A program made the position numbers and the translations under genes. A model generated the notes under the pieces. The model was given only the letters and a program-made list of their open reading frames with translations, searched no databases and was not told the DNA's origin. Positions 1 to 8,601 of a stretch of DNA of 64,000 nucleotides are shown piece after piece. The first letter of the stretch is position 1, and every line of letters starts with the position of its first letter. The stretch comes from a virus, in IMG/VR virus record IMGVR_UViG_3300042465_006773, one strand, 5' to 3'.

Positions 1-408
1 TTGCATCGTAACACCCCAATCAGTTGTTACATATGTTACAGAAAAACTACCATCATCACCTTCTTTATAGTTTGGTCTTTTTGTTGAAAATTGTTCATCT
101 TCATAAACAATTAAAGAGCCGGTAGAAATTCTATCAATTAAAAAAGTTCTCCAACCGTGTTTTTGAAAACCTTTTTTAGATGTTGATGGTGGTTGTGTCC
201 AACCTCTAACCGCTAAATTTCCTTTTTTTGTTAATCCAGATGCGACCAATTCAACTTTAACTCGTCTACCAGCTAAGACATCTTTTGGTGGTCCTTTATA
301 ATAAAAGGAAACGGGGAATCTATTTTTTATCGCATATTCTAATCTTGCCCTAATGCTTGTTTTAGGATTGGCTTCTAAAATAGATGTGAAAAATAATTTA
401 TTAGACAT
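1..408 (-). CDS. WYL-domain protein (runs off the window's left edge)
   Basis: Manual translation: MSNKLFFTSILEANPKTSIRARLEYAIKNRFPVSFYYKGP...GRRVKVELVASGLTKKGNLAVRGW...HGWRTFLIDRI. This fits the WYL pattern (AI..V.F.Y..R.VE..G...GWRTF.xDRI). The ATG overlaps the upstream stop (TAATG). Not in the ORF track. Confidence 0.75.
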   Translation of the reverse strand, partial: MSNKLFFTSILEANPKTSIRARLEYAIKNRFPVSFYYKGPPKDVLAGRRVKVELVASGLTKKGNLAVRGWTQPPSTSKKGFQKHGWRTFLIDRISTGSLIVYEDEQFSTKRPNYKEGDDGSFSVTYVTTDWGVTMQ

Positions 409-785
409 TAAAAATCAGGATATGGTTTATTGTTCCCGTATTTATTTCTTGATTGTAGTCCAATTCGTTCTCCGATATCGGTTTTGGTCCCAACACTACC
501 ATTGTTTTCTCCTCTGCCTTTGTCATCACCATCAGAAATGGCATTTCTATTTACAGAAGAGTATTCGTTTTTTGGACCATACAAATTTCGAGCTTGTAAT
601 GTTTTTCTTTCTGAAATGTCTGTTTTTGTACCTATACTACCATTATTTTCACCTCTACCTCTATCATCACCATCCGATAGTGCGCCTGTATTGGATGAAT
701 CGTACAAATCACCATAGTTATATTCATTTCTGGCCAATAAAATGTTTCTTTCTCTATCGCCAATTGTTTCTAATTGTGTTGCCAT
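408..785 (-). CDS. Hypothetical protein made of ~2.5 copies of a ~47-aa repeat
   Basis: ARNxY...A(L/I)SDGDD(R/K)GRGENNGS(I/V)GTKTDI(S/G)ER occurs twice, plus a partial third copy. Abuts the flanking minus-strand genes. Confidence 0.75.
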   Translation of the reverse strand: MATQLETIGDRERNILLARNEYNYGDLYDSSNTGALSDGDDRGRGENNGSIGTKTDISERKTLQARNLYGPKNEYSSVNRNAISDGDDKGRGENNGSVGTKTDIGERIGLQSRNKYGNNKPYPDF

Positions 786-786
786 A

Positions 787-1284
787 TTAGTAAGTTATTA
801 ATTTTTTTATTTTATCAACTTCCTCATATAATTTTAAAGAGGATATTGGGGATACGCTTGTTTTATTAGAATTACTTTTTATTAAGTTTGTTGGTATTTT
901 AAAATTAAATCTTTTTTTGTGTTTTTTTAAATGTGAATTTTTTCTTTCGTTATTCATTCCGGTCATGTCATCGGATTTCATTTTTGATTTTTTTCTATTA
1001 GAAATTAAATCTCTTTCTCCTTTTAAAAACTGATTAGCCCATTTTTCCATTAACTCACCACCACACAAGTCATATTTTAATTTATCTTTTATTTTGTCAA
1101 TGTTTTGAAGGTCGTGTATTATTCTTTTTAGTTGTCCGTATTTTACTTTTTTATCCGATATAAGTTTTTTTGCGCGTTGAATTCCCCTTACATTTTTTCC
1201 ATTTAATCCAATAATCGTATGATTTATTGTTTTTAAAATGTCTTGAGGTATGTCAAATACTCTATCTTTTAGTTCCTTATTCAT
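787..1284 (-). CDS. Hypothetical basic protein, possibly head-associated
   Basis: 165-aa ORF in a minus-strand operon; C-terminal LYEEVDKIKKLI motif. Confidence 0.7.
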   Translation of the reverse strand: MNKELKDRVFDIPQDILKTINHTIIGLNGKNVRGIQRAKKLISDKKVKYGQLKRIIHDLQNIDKIKDKLKYDLCGGELMEKWANQFLKGERDLISNRKKSKMKSDDMTGMNNERKNSHLKKHKKRFNFKIPTNLIKSNSNKTSVSPISSLKLYEEVDKIKKLITY

Positions 1285-2026
1285 TGTCTTTATTTAGTAA
1301 TTTGATAACATCTTTTACTGAAAGATTATTTTTAACTAAAGTATTTTTAAGTGCTAAAATTTGTTTTTTTATTATAGGATTTAATTCTTTATCAATATCT
1401 TCTGTTTGGTCTTTTTTTACTAAATCACTATTTTGTGTTTTTTTTGATAAAACACTTTCAACATAATCTTCCACATATTTTTTAGGGTTTTCAATTAATC
1501 TGACTTTATCACCTTTTAAATCTTCATCATATCCGTATGATGACAATCTTTCTTCGGCTTCTTTATCATCTAACCCTAAATCCTTTTTAAAATAATCTTC
1601 AGCGTCTTCCCTATCTTCATCATTACCCAAAGTTTTTTCGTATCCCAACGCTTTACTTAAATCCGCTTCTGCCCAATATCTTAACGAAGTGTGTGTACCA
1701 TGAACACCATGTGTTCCCATAGAACCTGCACTTGTTTTTACAATTTCATCGGTAGTTTTTTTTGAACCACCTTTACTATCTTTTGTTGTTGGTATTTTAT
1801 TTACCGCAACATTTCCTTTTGTATCTACAATTTCATCAACATCTTTTTCTACCTCATCTGGTAATTTTTTAAAATCGGTGTCACTAGAAAATTCTTTAGC
1901 CCATTTTGACCATTTTTTTCTCTCCTTTTTTGGAATTGATTCATCAGAAGCCTTCGCATAAAAATATCTTTGTTGTTTTTTTGATGCAAATTTTTCTTCA
2001 ATTATTGATTTTATATAGTTATCCAT
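1277..2026 (-). CDS. Hypothetical protein, possibly an internal head protein
   Basis: 249-aa charged ORF with N-terminal IKSIIEE-KFASKKQQRYFYAKA. Preceded by TATTTATT on the minus strand (2044-2051). Confidence 0.7.
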   Translation of the reverse strand: MDNYIKSIIEEKFASKKQQRYFYAKASDESIPKKERKKWSKWAKEFSSDTDFKKLPDEVEKDVDEIVDTKGNVAVNKIPTTKDSKGGSKKTTDEIVKTSAGSMGTHGVHGTHTSLRYWAEADLSKALGYEKTLGNDEDREDAEDYFKKDLGLDDKEAEERLSSYGYDEDLKGDKVRLIENPKKYVEDYVESVLSKKTQNSDLVKKDQTEDIDKELNPIIKKQILALKNTLVKNNLSVKDVIKLLNKDNE

Positions 2027-2068
2027 GTAATTACTACTTTAGTAATAAATATCAAAAGAAAGGAAAGA

Positions 2069-2076
2069 TATTTATA
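2069..2076 (+). promoter_or_regulatory. Putative late promoter TATTTAT(A/T), representative copy
   Basis: Copies at 2069, 7496, 14705, 16591, 19749, 21674, 23641, 34631, 45530, 45933, 48267 and 56647 (+) and 2044-51 and 12629-36 (-), each upstream of a structural or putative late gene. Confidence 0.65.
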
Positions 2077-2081
2077 GTATA

Positions 2082-3479
2082 ATGAATACACAAAACATTC
2101 TCAAATATTGGGGTACCAAATTAGATTTGCAACTCGATTCATCAGAATATTATGATTATGAAATAGCAAAGACCGAGGTTGATTACGATGAATTGGTTTT
2201 GGATTTAGAAAATTCAATACCTTACACATCTTTAACTATTAATACTACAGGTTTAACAAATTCAGATTGTACAAGAGATACCATAAGTTTAGTTGAATAT
2301 AATAATACTGTAAATGATACTGGATATACTTATTCAGCGATTACTTGGACTTTATCGTATTCAGCGTTTACTAGTACATTTTCTAATTCTGATATTATAT
2401 TAAATAATGATGTGTATGAATTAAATTTTAGTGGTAACACACACTATTTGAAAATAGATGAATTTAATAACGCACTTTCAAATCCGTTTTCATTAAATCT
2501 TAGTGATTTTAAAACAGGTGTTACGGGATATTCTTATGCTTGTGTTCAAAAATTAACAGATAACGATAATTGTTGCCCACAAGACCCCCAACTAAACGCG
2601 AAACCATGGGCATATCAAATTAATCATGGGGGTGGTAATGACAATTGTTCATATAAAGTTAAGAGAAGAACAGAAAAGGGTTGGACCATTGATTTGGTAC
2701 TTAATAGAGATGATAATCCATGGTCAAGTGGTAAAACAATTTACTATTTAGGTGTTAGGGGTGAAACGGAAAATACAAAGTACTCAGATAATAATCTTTC
2801 TTTTTCTTTTACAAACGACGGTAGGATTCAATGGAGAGCATCGAGATATTCGGGAATATGTTTAACTGATAGTGGGTACACTGAATCATATTATACGTCA
2901 TCAGGACAAACACCGGTACTATGTACGAGTGGGACATCCGAAGATTTTAATATTACCATAACCTTTGAAAGAAATAAATATTTTACTGATTGTGGTATAG
3001 AAAACAATGGTGGTTGGAATGATTTAATTACAGGGAGAACATTAAACACTTCAATATCGGATTGGTTAACTGGTGCAACACCATCGTATGATGATGTAGA
3101 AATTTTAAACAAAAAATGGGCGGAAGAAAAAAATAGAAGGTTAGGGACATTAAAAATTTATCTAAATGGTAAAAAAATTTATAAATTAAATGATTGGGAA
3201 GAGGTGATACCTTCAACAAGGGGATATCAACCTATGATTCAATCTTGGGCTGGTGGAACTCAATATTCAGGAAGCCTACATAATTTGGGTATTTCTTGTT
3301 TTATTTTTAAAAGAATCCAATATTATGAGGAACCATTAAACTATGTTAGAGTTAATCATCATTATTTGGTTGACACTAAACCAAACTATAACATTGTAGA
3401 GTGTGATGAAGATTGCGTTGATTCTACAACGATTATTATAACGGCACCAGAAAATGATTTACAATATGAATATATATAA
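2082..3479 (+). CDS. Virion structural protein with a lectin/LamG-like C-terminal region
   Basis: Beta-rich, T/S/N/C-rich; WTIDLVL...LSFSFTNDGRIQW...ITITF...GTLKIYLNG...IQYYEEPL resembles a concanavalin/LamG fold. Late motif at 2069. Confidence 0.55.
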   Translation: MNTQNILKYWGTKLDLQLDSSEYYDYEIAKTEVDYDELVLDLENSIPYTSLTINTTGLTNSDCTRDTISLVEYNNTVNDTGYTYSAITWTLSYSAFTSTFSNSDIILNNDVYELNFSGNTHYLKIDEFNNALSNPFSLNLSDFKTGVTGYSYACVQKLTDNDNCCPQDPQLNAKPWAYQINHGGGNDNCSYKVKRRTEKGWTIDLVLNRDDNPWSSGKTIYYLGVRGETENTKYSDNNLSFSFTNDGRIQWRASRYSGICLTDSGYTESYYTSSGQTPVLCTSGTSEDFNITITFERNKYFTDCGIENNGGWNDLITGRTLNTSISDWLTGATPSYDDVEILNKKWAEEKNRRLGTLKIYLNGKKIYKLNDWEEVIPSTRGYQPMIQSWAGGTQYSGSLHNLGISCFIFKRIQYYEEPLNYVRVNHHYLVDTKPNYNIVECDEDCVDSTTIIITAPENDLQYEYI

Positions 3480-3494
3480 TAAAATAATAATATA

Positions 3495-5726
3495 ATGCCA
3501 TCAGGAATAAGAATATCGAGTATTAATTTAAGTGGTAAAACCGCCACTGTAACTTTCTTGCCATATACAGGTGGTACATTTAATTTAGGTGAAAAAACTT
3601 TACCATTTGAATATAATTCAAGTTATCCATATGGTGTATATGAACTATATTTTGAATTGTATAATAAAACATATGAGGTAAATGCTTTGTTTCCGTCTCC
3701 TTCTATTACGCCAACAATTACAAGAACACCTTCTATTACGCCAACAATTACAAGAACACCTTCCATAACACCGTCCCCAACACCTAGTGTAATTATAGAA
3801 GATTTAGATTTTGATGGGTTTATTAACTCCGGTTCTATTGTCATAACGTACATAGTATCAATACCAAGTGCGGTTGATTTCGATGTTACTATTGATTTTG
3901 TTCAAGAACTCCCCATAATAGGTGGTGGAAGACCTTTTTACATAAAGGGTAATATAATAATACCAAAAGGTTCTACTCAAGTTGGTACAAAATATTCGTC
4001 ATCAGAAGAGTGGGCTGATTATAGTAAATTATCAGGTGTTAGTGTTTTAACGACAACAGTAACAACACCAGGAGGTTCTAATCGATACACGGTAAAAGAA
4101 CTTATAAAATTTGGGGAGGAACCTCCTGACATTGGACCTATTCCTGATAATCAAATACCCGACCCAAATTCAATATCAATCACACCAACACCAAGTAGAA
4201 CAATTACACCAACACCGACAAGGACGATAACACCAAGTATTACACCAACACCGAGTCAATTACCTTGTGTTTGTAACGGTCCTGTGGGTATTCCTTTTGC
4301 GAACACACCTGGAAACCCAATACCAATAACAATACGAGAAAGTATTGATGGTAACTCAACGGGTTTATACCGTTATTTTCAAGGATGGTTGTCTAATTTA
4401 GTGGATGTTTGTGGTTATCCAAATGGAAACATAAGAGAAGTTTTCAATTACAGACCGAACACGTTTTCTTCAGGTCAAGGTAGTATGTATAGAACGGTAA
4501 CGGATAGTTTTTATACTAAATCTTATTCGTACATGTTGGCAATTAAAACAATACCAAGTGCAGCGCATCTTACAATTCCAAATTTTAAAATAACTGTAGG
4601 TACGGGTGTTAAAGGTGATTGTTCTTTTGGAACATATATCATTAATAACCCATCTTTTAATACGTGGTATGTTATTAGAGTAGATGTAAGAGACATTACT
4701 TTATATGGTAACGAAATTTGGGCACACGTGGTTCAAGAAGGTAATTCAAGTTATTATTTATGTACAAATCCAGGTAATGACTCATGTTGTTATGTAACCA
4801 CATCAGGTGTTGATGTTGGTCAAAACGATTTACCATATAATCATCCCTGTCCGTGTTCTGTAACAAGTTGTCTTGATTTAGGTGTTGTTCCTCCATATCC
4901 TATAAATTTTTGGTGTCCAAATCCTTGGGACACACCGATTTGTACTTTAACACCAACACCATCAAGAACAATTACACCAACCGTAACACCATCAAGAACA
5001 CCAACACTAACACCATCCATCACACCAAGTAGAACTCCATCAGTAACACCATCAAGAACAATTACACCAACACCAACACCATCCATTACACCGAGTATTA
5101 CTCTATCGGTAACACCAACATCCACCAATAGTTCAACACCATCTGTTACACCAAGTGTCACACCATCAGTAACACCAACATCTTCTATTACACCAACACC
5201 ATCCATCACATCGAGTATTACTCCATCGGTAACACCAACATCTTCTATTACACCAACACCATCCATCACATCGAGTATTACTCCATCGGTAACACCAACA
5301 CCATCTATTACACCAAGTATTACACCATCAATAACACCAACATCTTCTATTACACCAACACCAAGTATTACACCAAGTATTACTTCATCAGTAACACCAA
5401 CATCTTCTATCACCCCAAGTGTAACTCCAACAAGAACAATCACACCAACACCAACTCCTTCACCACAATACGTTCCATATTTATTTTGTAATTGTCTTGA
5501 CCCTTATAACAATTCGGGAATTGTTCCACCGTTAGAAGTTGGTGTAAGTGTTAATTTTACAATACAATCTGGTGTACAATATGGATTTATTCATACGGAT
5601 GGTTATTGTTATTTTAACTGTGACCAATGGTCTGGATATACAATGACAAAAGATACATTAACAGTCAATCAATGTAGTACTCCATATTGTGTATCATTAC
5701 CATATCCTCAACCACCAAATCCTTAA
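3495..5726 (+). CDS. Modular appendage/fibre protein: shared N-module, T/P/S stalks, Ig-like and Cys-rich domains
   Basis: N-terminal ~63 aa are homologous to those of 5736 and 62812; three (TPSI/V)n tracts; Cys-rich central domain and tip. Confidence 0.7.
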   Translation: MPSGIRISSINLSGKTATVTFLPYTGGTFNLGEKTLPFEYNSSYPYGVYELYFELYNKTYEVNALFPSPSITPTITRTPSITPTITRTPSITPSPTPSVIIEDLDFDGFINSGSIVITYIVSIPSAVDFDVTIDFVQELPIIGGGRPFYIKGNIIIPKGSTQVGTKYSSSEEWADYSKLSGVSVLTTTVTTPGGSNRYTVKELIKFGEEPPDIGPIPDNQIPDPNSISITPTPSRTITPTPTRTITPSITPTPSQLPCVCNGPVGIPFANTPGNPIPITIRESIDGNSTGLYRYFQGWLSNLVDVCGYPNGNIREVFNYRPNTFSSGQGSMYRTVTDSFYTKSYSYMLAIKTIPSAAHLTIPNFKITVGTGVKGDCSFGTYIINNPSFNTWYVIRVDVRDITLYGNEIWAHVVQEGNSSYYLCTNPGNDSCCYVTTSGVDVGQNDLPYNHPCPCSVTSCLDLGVVPPYPINFWCPNPWDTPICTLTPTPSRTITPTVTPSRTPTLTPSITPSRTPSVTPSRTITPTPTPSITPSITLSVTPTSTNSSTPSVTPSVTPSVTPTSSITPTPSITSSITPSVTPTSSITPTPSITSSITPSVTPTPSITPSITPSITPTSSITPTPSITPSITSSVTPTSSITPSVTPTRTITPTPTPSPQYVPYLFCNCLDPYNNSGIVPPLEVGVSVNFTIQSGVQYGFIHTDGYCYFNCDQWSGYTMTKDTLTVNQCSTPYCVSLPYPQPPNP
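4945..5465 (+). repeat. Low-complexity Thr-Pro-Ser coding repeat (ACACCA-rich), including a 60-bp tandem duplication
   Basis: Repeated acacca/tc(t/c)att/gtaaca units; near-identical 60-nt units at about 5163-5282. Confidence 0.9.
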
Positions 5727-5735
5727 ATAAATTAA

Positions 5736-7487
5736 ATGGATACTTTAAGAATCGTCTCAACAAACTACAATGGTCAATCGGCCGTAATTACGTTTTATCC
5801 CGACACGGGTGGGACAATTAATCTTGGTACTCAAGTTTTACCCTATGATTATGTTGCTCCATATTTTTATGGGACATATTCTTTATTCTTTCCTGCTTTT
5901 GGTAGTACATGTACTTTGTATGTTGAAGACACTTCGGGTAATTTCTTATTACAAGAAAATGGTGATTATATTTTTCAAGAAAATTATTATAAAATTATAA
6001 TAGAGTCTTTACCAAGCCCAACACCAACACCTTCTATTACACCAAGTATAACACCAACTCGTTCAGTAACACCAACACCATCTATTACTACGTCTATAAC
6101 ACCAAGTAGAACTCCATCAGTAACACCAACACCATCAAGAACACCATCTATAACACCGAGTAGAACTCCATCAGTAACACCAACACCTTCTATTACACCA
6201 AGTATAACACCAACTCGTTCAGTAACACCAACACCAACTTTAACACCGACATCAACATCTTATGGTCAATCTTTTATATATTATAGGTGGCAAATAACTG
6301 AATCTAAAACAACACCACCAAATGCAAACTGTGTTCAATCTTCTGAATTTGTTTTTCAAAAAAATGGTGTAGACCAAAGTATGTCCGGTGTTGTGGTAAC
6401 AAACCCTAGTGGAAATAACCCTGTGGGTGAAGAACCATCCAAATTAATTGACGGTAGTTTAACAACAAAAGCATTAGATTTAAATTTTGTTACTAATGGT
6501 AATGTAACGAATTTTATATTTCAATTCCCAACCGGTCAGTCGTTTGATGGGTATAGATGGGGAACCGCAAATGATGAAGAAAGTAGAGACCCAAAATCTT
6601 GGACCATATCAGGAAGTAACGATGGTGTAAATTGGAGTTTGTTACATACGGTAAGCGGATTTAATTCCACAACAACTAGAAATACGTACCAAACTCCTCA
6701 AACTTATTTACCACCAGCAGTAAGTCCTACACCTACAGTTACAAATACACCAACACCAACAAGAACACCGTCAGTAACACCAACACCATCAACAAGTTCT
6801 ATTGTTAATTTTGTTACAGATAGTTTATTTATGAAATTAGATGCCACAAACTATACGAGTGGTACATGGTCGGATGAAACGGGTAATGGTAATAACGCAA
6901 CAATAAATGGCGCGACTTGGTTATCAACCGATGGTGGTATTTTTGATTTAGATGGAACGAATGATACCATTAGTGTTCCTCACGTATCTCAATTAAGTTT
7001 AACCACAACGGGTCAAAAGACCGTGCAAGTTTGGGTTAAATTTGACGCACTACCATCGTCAGGTCAACAAATACCCGTATTTGGGAAGTTGTCAAGTGCA
7101 TCAGGATTTGACGGTTATTGGGGTGGTTTGTTTTCAAATACGGGTACTGTTAGATGTGTAACAAATGGTACCGGTGTCCAACAAATCAGTACTTCAACTT
7201 TAACAATCACAACAAATACTTGGTATTTGTTTACATTTATTTCACAAATAACCTCAACCGCCAATACCACAAAAGTCTATATAAATAATACTGAGTATAT
7301 AACTACAGCACATGGTGCTGATTCATATGGTGAAACAAATCCATTTTATTTAGGATGGATTGGTTCAGGTGTGTCGTCACTATATTTGAATGGTAAAATA
7401 GGTGCATGTTATTTCTATACCAAAGGTTTAAACACCACAGAGATATCAAATAATTATAATTCAACCAAATCAAAATACGGTTTGTAA
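5736..7487 (+). CDS. Modular appendage protein: N-module, TPS stalk, F5/8 (discoidin)-like domain, LamG domain
   Basis: [10 protein letters not shown]...[25 protein letters not shown] is discoidin/CBM32-like; [18 protein letters not shown]...FDLDGTND...VWVK...KVYIN...LNGKIG is LamG-3-like. Confidence 0.75.
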   Translation: MDTLRIVSTNYNGQSAVITFYPDTGGTINLGTQVLPYDYVAPYFYGTYSLFFPAFGSTCTLYVEDTSGNFLLQENGDYIFQENYYKIIIESLPSPTPTPSITPSITPTRSVTPTPSITTSITPSRTPSVTPTPSRTPSITPSRTPSVTPTPSITPSITPTRSVTPTPTLTPTSTSYGQSFIYYRWQITESKTTPPNANCVQSSEFVFQKNGVDQSMSGVVVTNPSGNNPVGEEPSKLIDGSLTTKALDLNFVTNGNVTNFIFQFPTGQSFDGYRWGTANDEESRDPKSWTISGSNDGVNWSLLHTVSGFNSTTTRNTYQTPQTYLPPAVSPTPTVTNTPTPTRTPSVTPTPSTSSIVNFVTDSLFMKLDATNYTSGTWSDETGNGNNATINGATWLSTDGGIFDLDGTNDTISVPHVSQLSLTTTGQKTVQVWVKFDALPSSGQQIPVFGKLSSASGFDGYWGGLFSNTGTVRCVTNGTGVQQISTSTLTITTNTWYLFTFISQITSTANTTKVYINNTEYITTAHGADSYGETNPFYLGWIGSGVSSLYLNGKIGACYFYTKGLNTTEISNNYNSTKSKYGL

Positions 7488-7510
7488 AGTTTTAATATTT
7501 ATAAAATAAG

Positions 7511-8134
7511 ATGGCTAATTTACCAATATCACAACTACCGGAAATTACAACAGGACTAACTCCAAATGCGGAGTTCGCGGTTGCACAAGGTGGCACCACA
7601 TACAAAGTAAAAAAAACTTATTTAAAAGAAGGATTTTTTGCTCAAACAAGTGACGGTACAACTGTGAGTGGTACGACATCTGAAACAACAATTATAGGTA
7701 GTGGTGTTGGGTCCTTATCAGTACCGGCGAGTGGATTTTCTGTTGGTGATTCTTTTAGATGTATCGTAAGTGGTGACTTGGGTGCAAATAATAATGACAC
7801 TTTAACTTTAAAAGTAAAATCGGGTTCTGTGGTGTTAGGGACTACCGGTGCAATTAATCTACCTGGCGTAACCAATAAACACTTTAATTTTGATATTCAT
7901 TTTACAATAAGAGAAATTGGGGGTACTGGTGTTGCATCAATAATATCCGTTGGTTTTTTTACATTCAACAAAGACGCGTCCGCTGGTTTTGAAGGTGGTA
8001 GTTTTAGTACATTAAACAATAGTACATTTGATACAACCATTTCAAATACATTAGATATAACCGCACAGTTTAGTTCAACTAATGCTGCTAATTTCATAAG
8101 AACCGAACTTTTAGTTTTAAGTAGAGAATATTAA
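7511..8134 (+). CDS. Putative tail fibre-associated structural protein
   Basis: The MANLPISQLP...VAQGGTTYKV N-terminus is typical of phage fibre/spike proteins; beta-rich C-terminus; late motif at 7496. Confidence 0.55.
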   Translation: MANLPISQLPEITTGLTPNAEFAVAQGGTTYKVKKTYLKEGFFAQTSDGTTVSGTTSETTIIGSGVGSLSVPASGFSVGDSFRCIVSGDLGANNNDTLTLKVKSGSVVLGTTGAINLPGVTNKHFNFDIHFTIREIGGTGVASIISVGFFTFNKDASAGFEGGSFSTLNNSTFDTTISNTLDITAQFSSTNAANFIRTELLVLSREY

Positions 8135-8146
8135 ATAAAATAAAAC

Positions 8147-8515
8147 ATGGAATTTTTTATAAGACAAGGAGCTTCGGAACCAATATTAAAAATGAGACTT
8201 ATCGATGACGGAAAAAACGATAAGTCGGGTTTTAACGATATGTTAGAAAGTTGCGATATTACTTTTGATATGTATGATGTTGAAACAGGTGAACCTGAAA
8301 TATTAAATTCGAATTGTCAAATTACCACAAGAGATAAAAAATATAATCAAACAACTGATGAGTATTATATTGTTCATCAATTTACGGAGTCTCAAACCGA
8401 AAAATTGGGAAAATACGAAGGTAAAATAACCATTCAATTTTTAGATACAAATTTAAATCCAACAACCAAACTAATATTACCGGTAAAGGAAAAACTTTAC
8501 ATTACAATATTTTGA
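8147..8515 (+). CDS. BppU-N/Ig-like small baseplate or fibre-attachment protein
   Basis: FFIRQG..PIL.M.L.D...F.M...Y..QFT..T..G.YEG...I.F....LILP pattern. Confidence 0.55.
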   Translation: MEFFIRQGASEPILKMRLIDDGKNDKSGFNDMLESCDITFDMYDVETGEPEILNSNCQITTRDKKYNQTTDEYYIVHQFTESQTEKLGKYEGKITIQFLDTNLNPTTKLILPVKEKLYITIF

Positions 8516-8541
8516 TTTTTAAATTTTGTTTCTTATATTTT
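8511..8541 (+). promoter_or_regulatory. Bacteroidota-type sigma promoter for the DNA polymerase gene
   Basis: TTTG (8511-14), 19-nt spacer, TATATTTT (8534-41). The Bacteroides consensus is TTTG-N19-21-TAnnTTTG. Confidence 0.55.
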
Positions 8542-8601
8542 AAATAAGACAAACTACAATGTTACATTGTAAGCTAATGTGTCAAACTAAAATTATAAGA
8601 A

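Noticed and set aside
353-790. Plus-strand ORFs 353-790 and 430-717, and other short ORFs nested in long genes
   Set aside because: They overlap better-supported genes on the opposite strand or frame and have implausible composition.
4841-5443. Minus-strand (GVTD/GVIE)n ORFs here and at 61755-62459 and 62994-63767
   Set aside because: These are antisense shadows of the TPS repeats, which lack stops on the reverse strand.
3495-7487. Diversity-generating retroelement acting on the fibre tips
   Set aside because: No reverse transcriptase and no template/variable repeat pair with adenine-specific differences were seen in the window.
8548-8583. Fluoride or c-di-GMP riboswitch (AAAC-stem-GCUAAUG resemblance)
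   Set aside because: The 5' pseudoknot and other conserved elements are missing; kept only as a generic leader hairpin.
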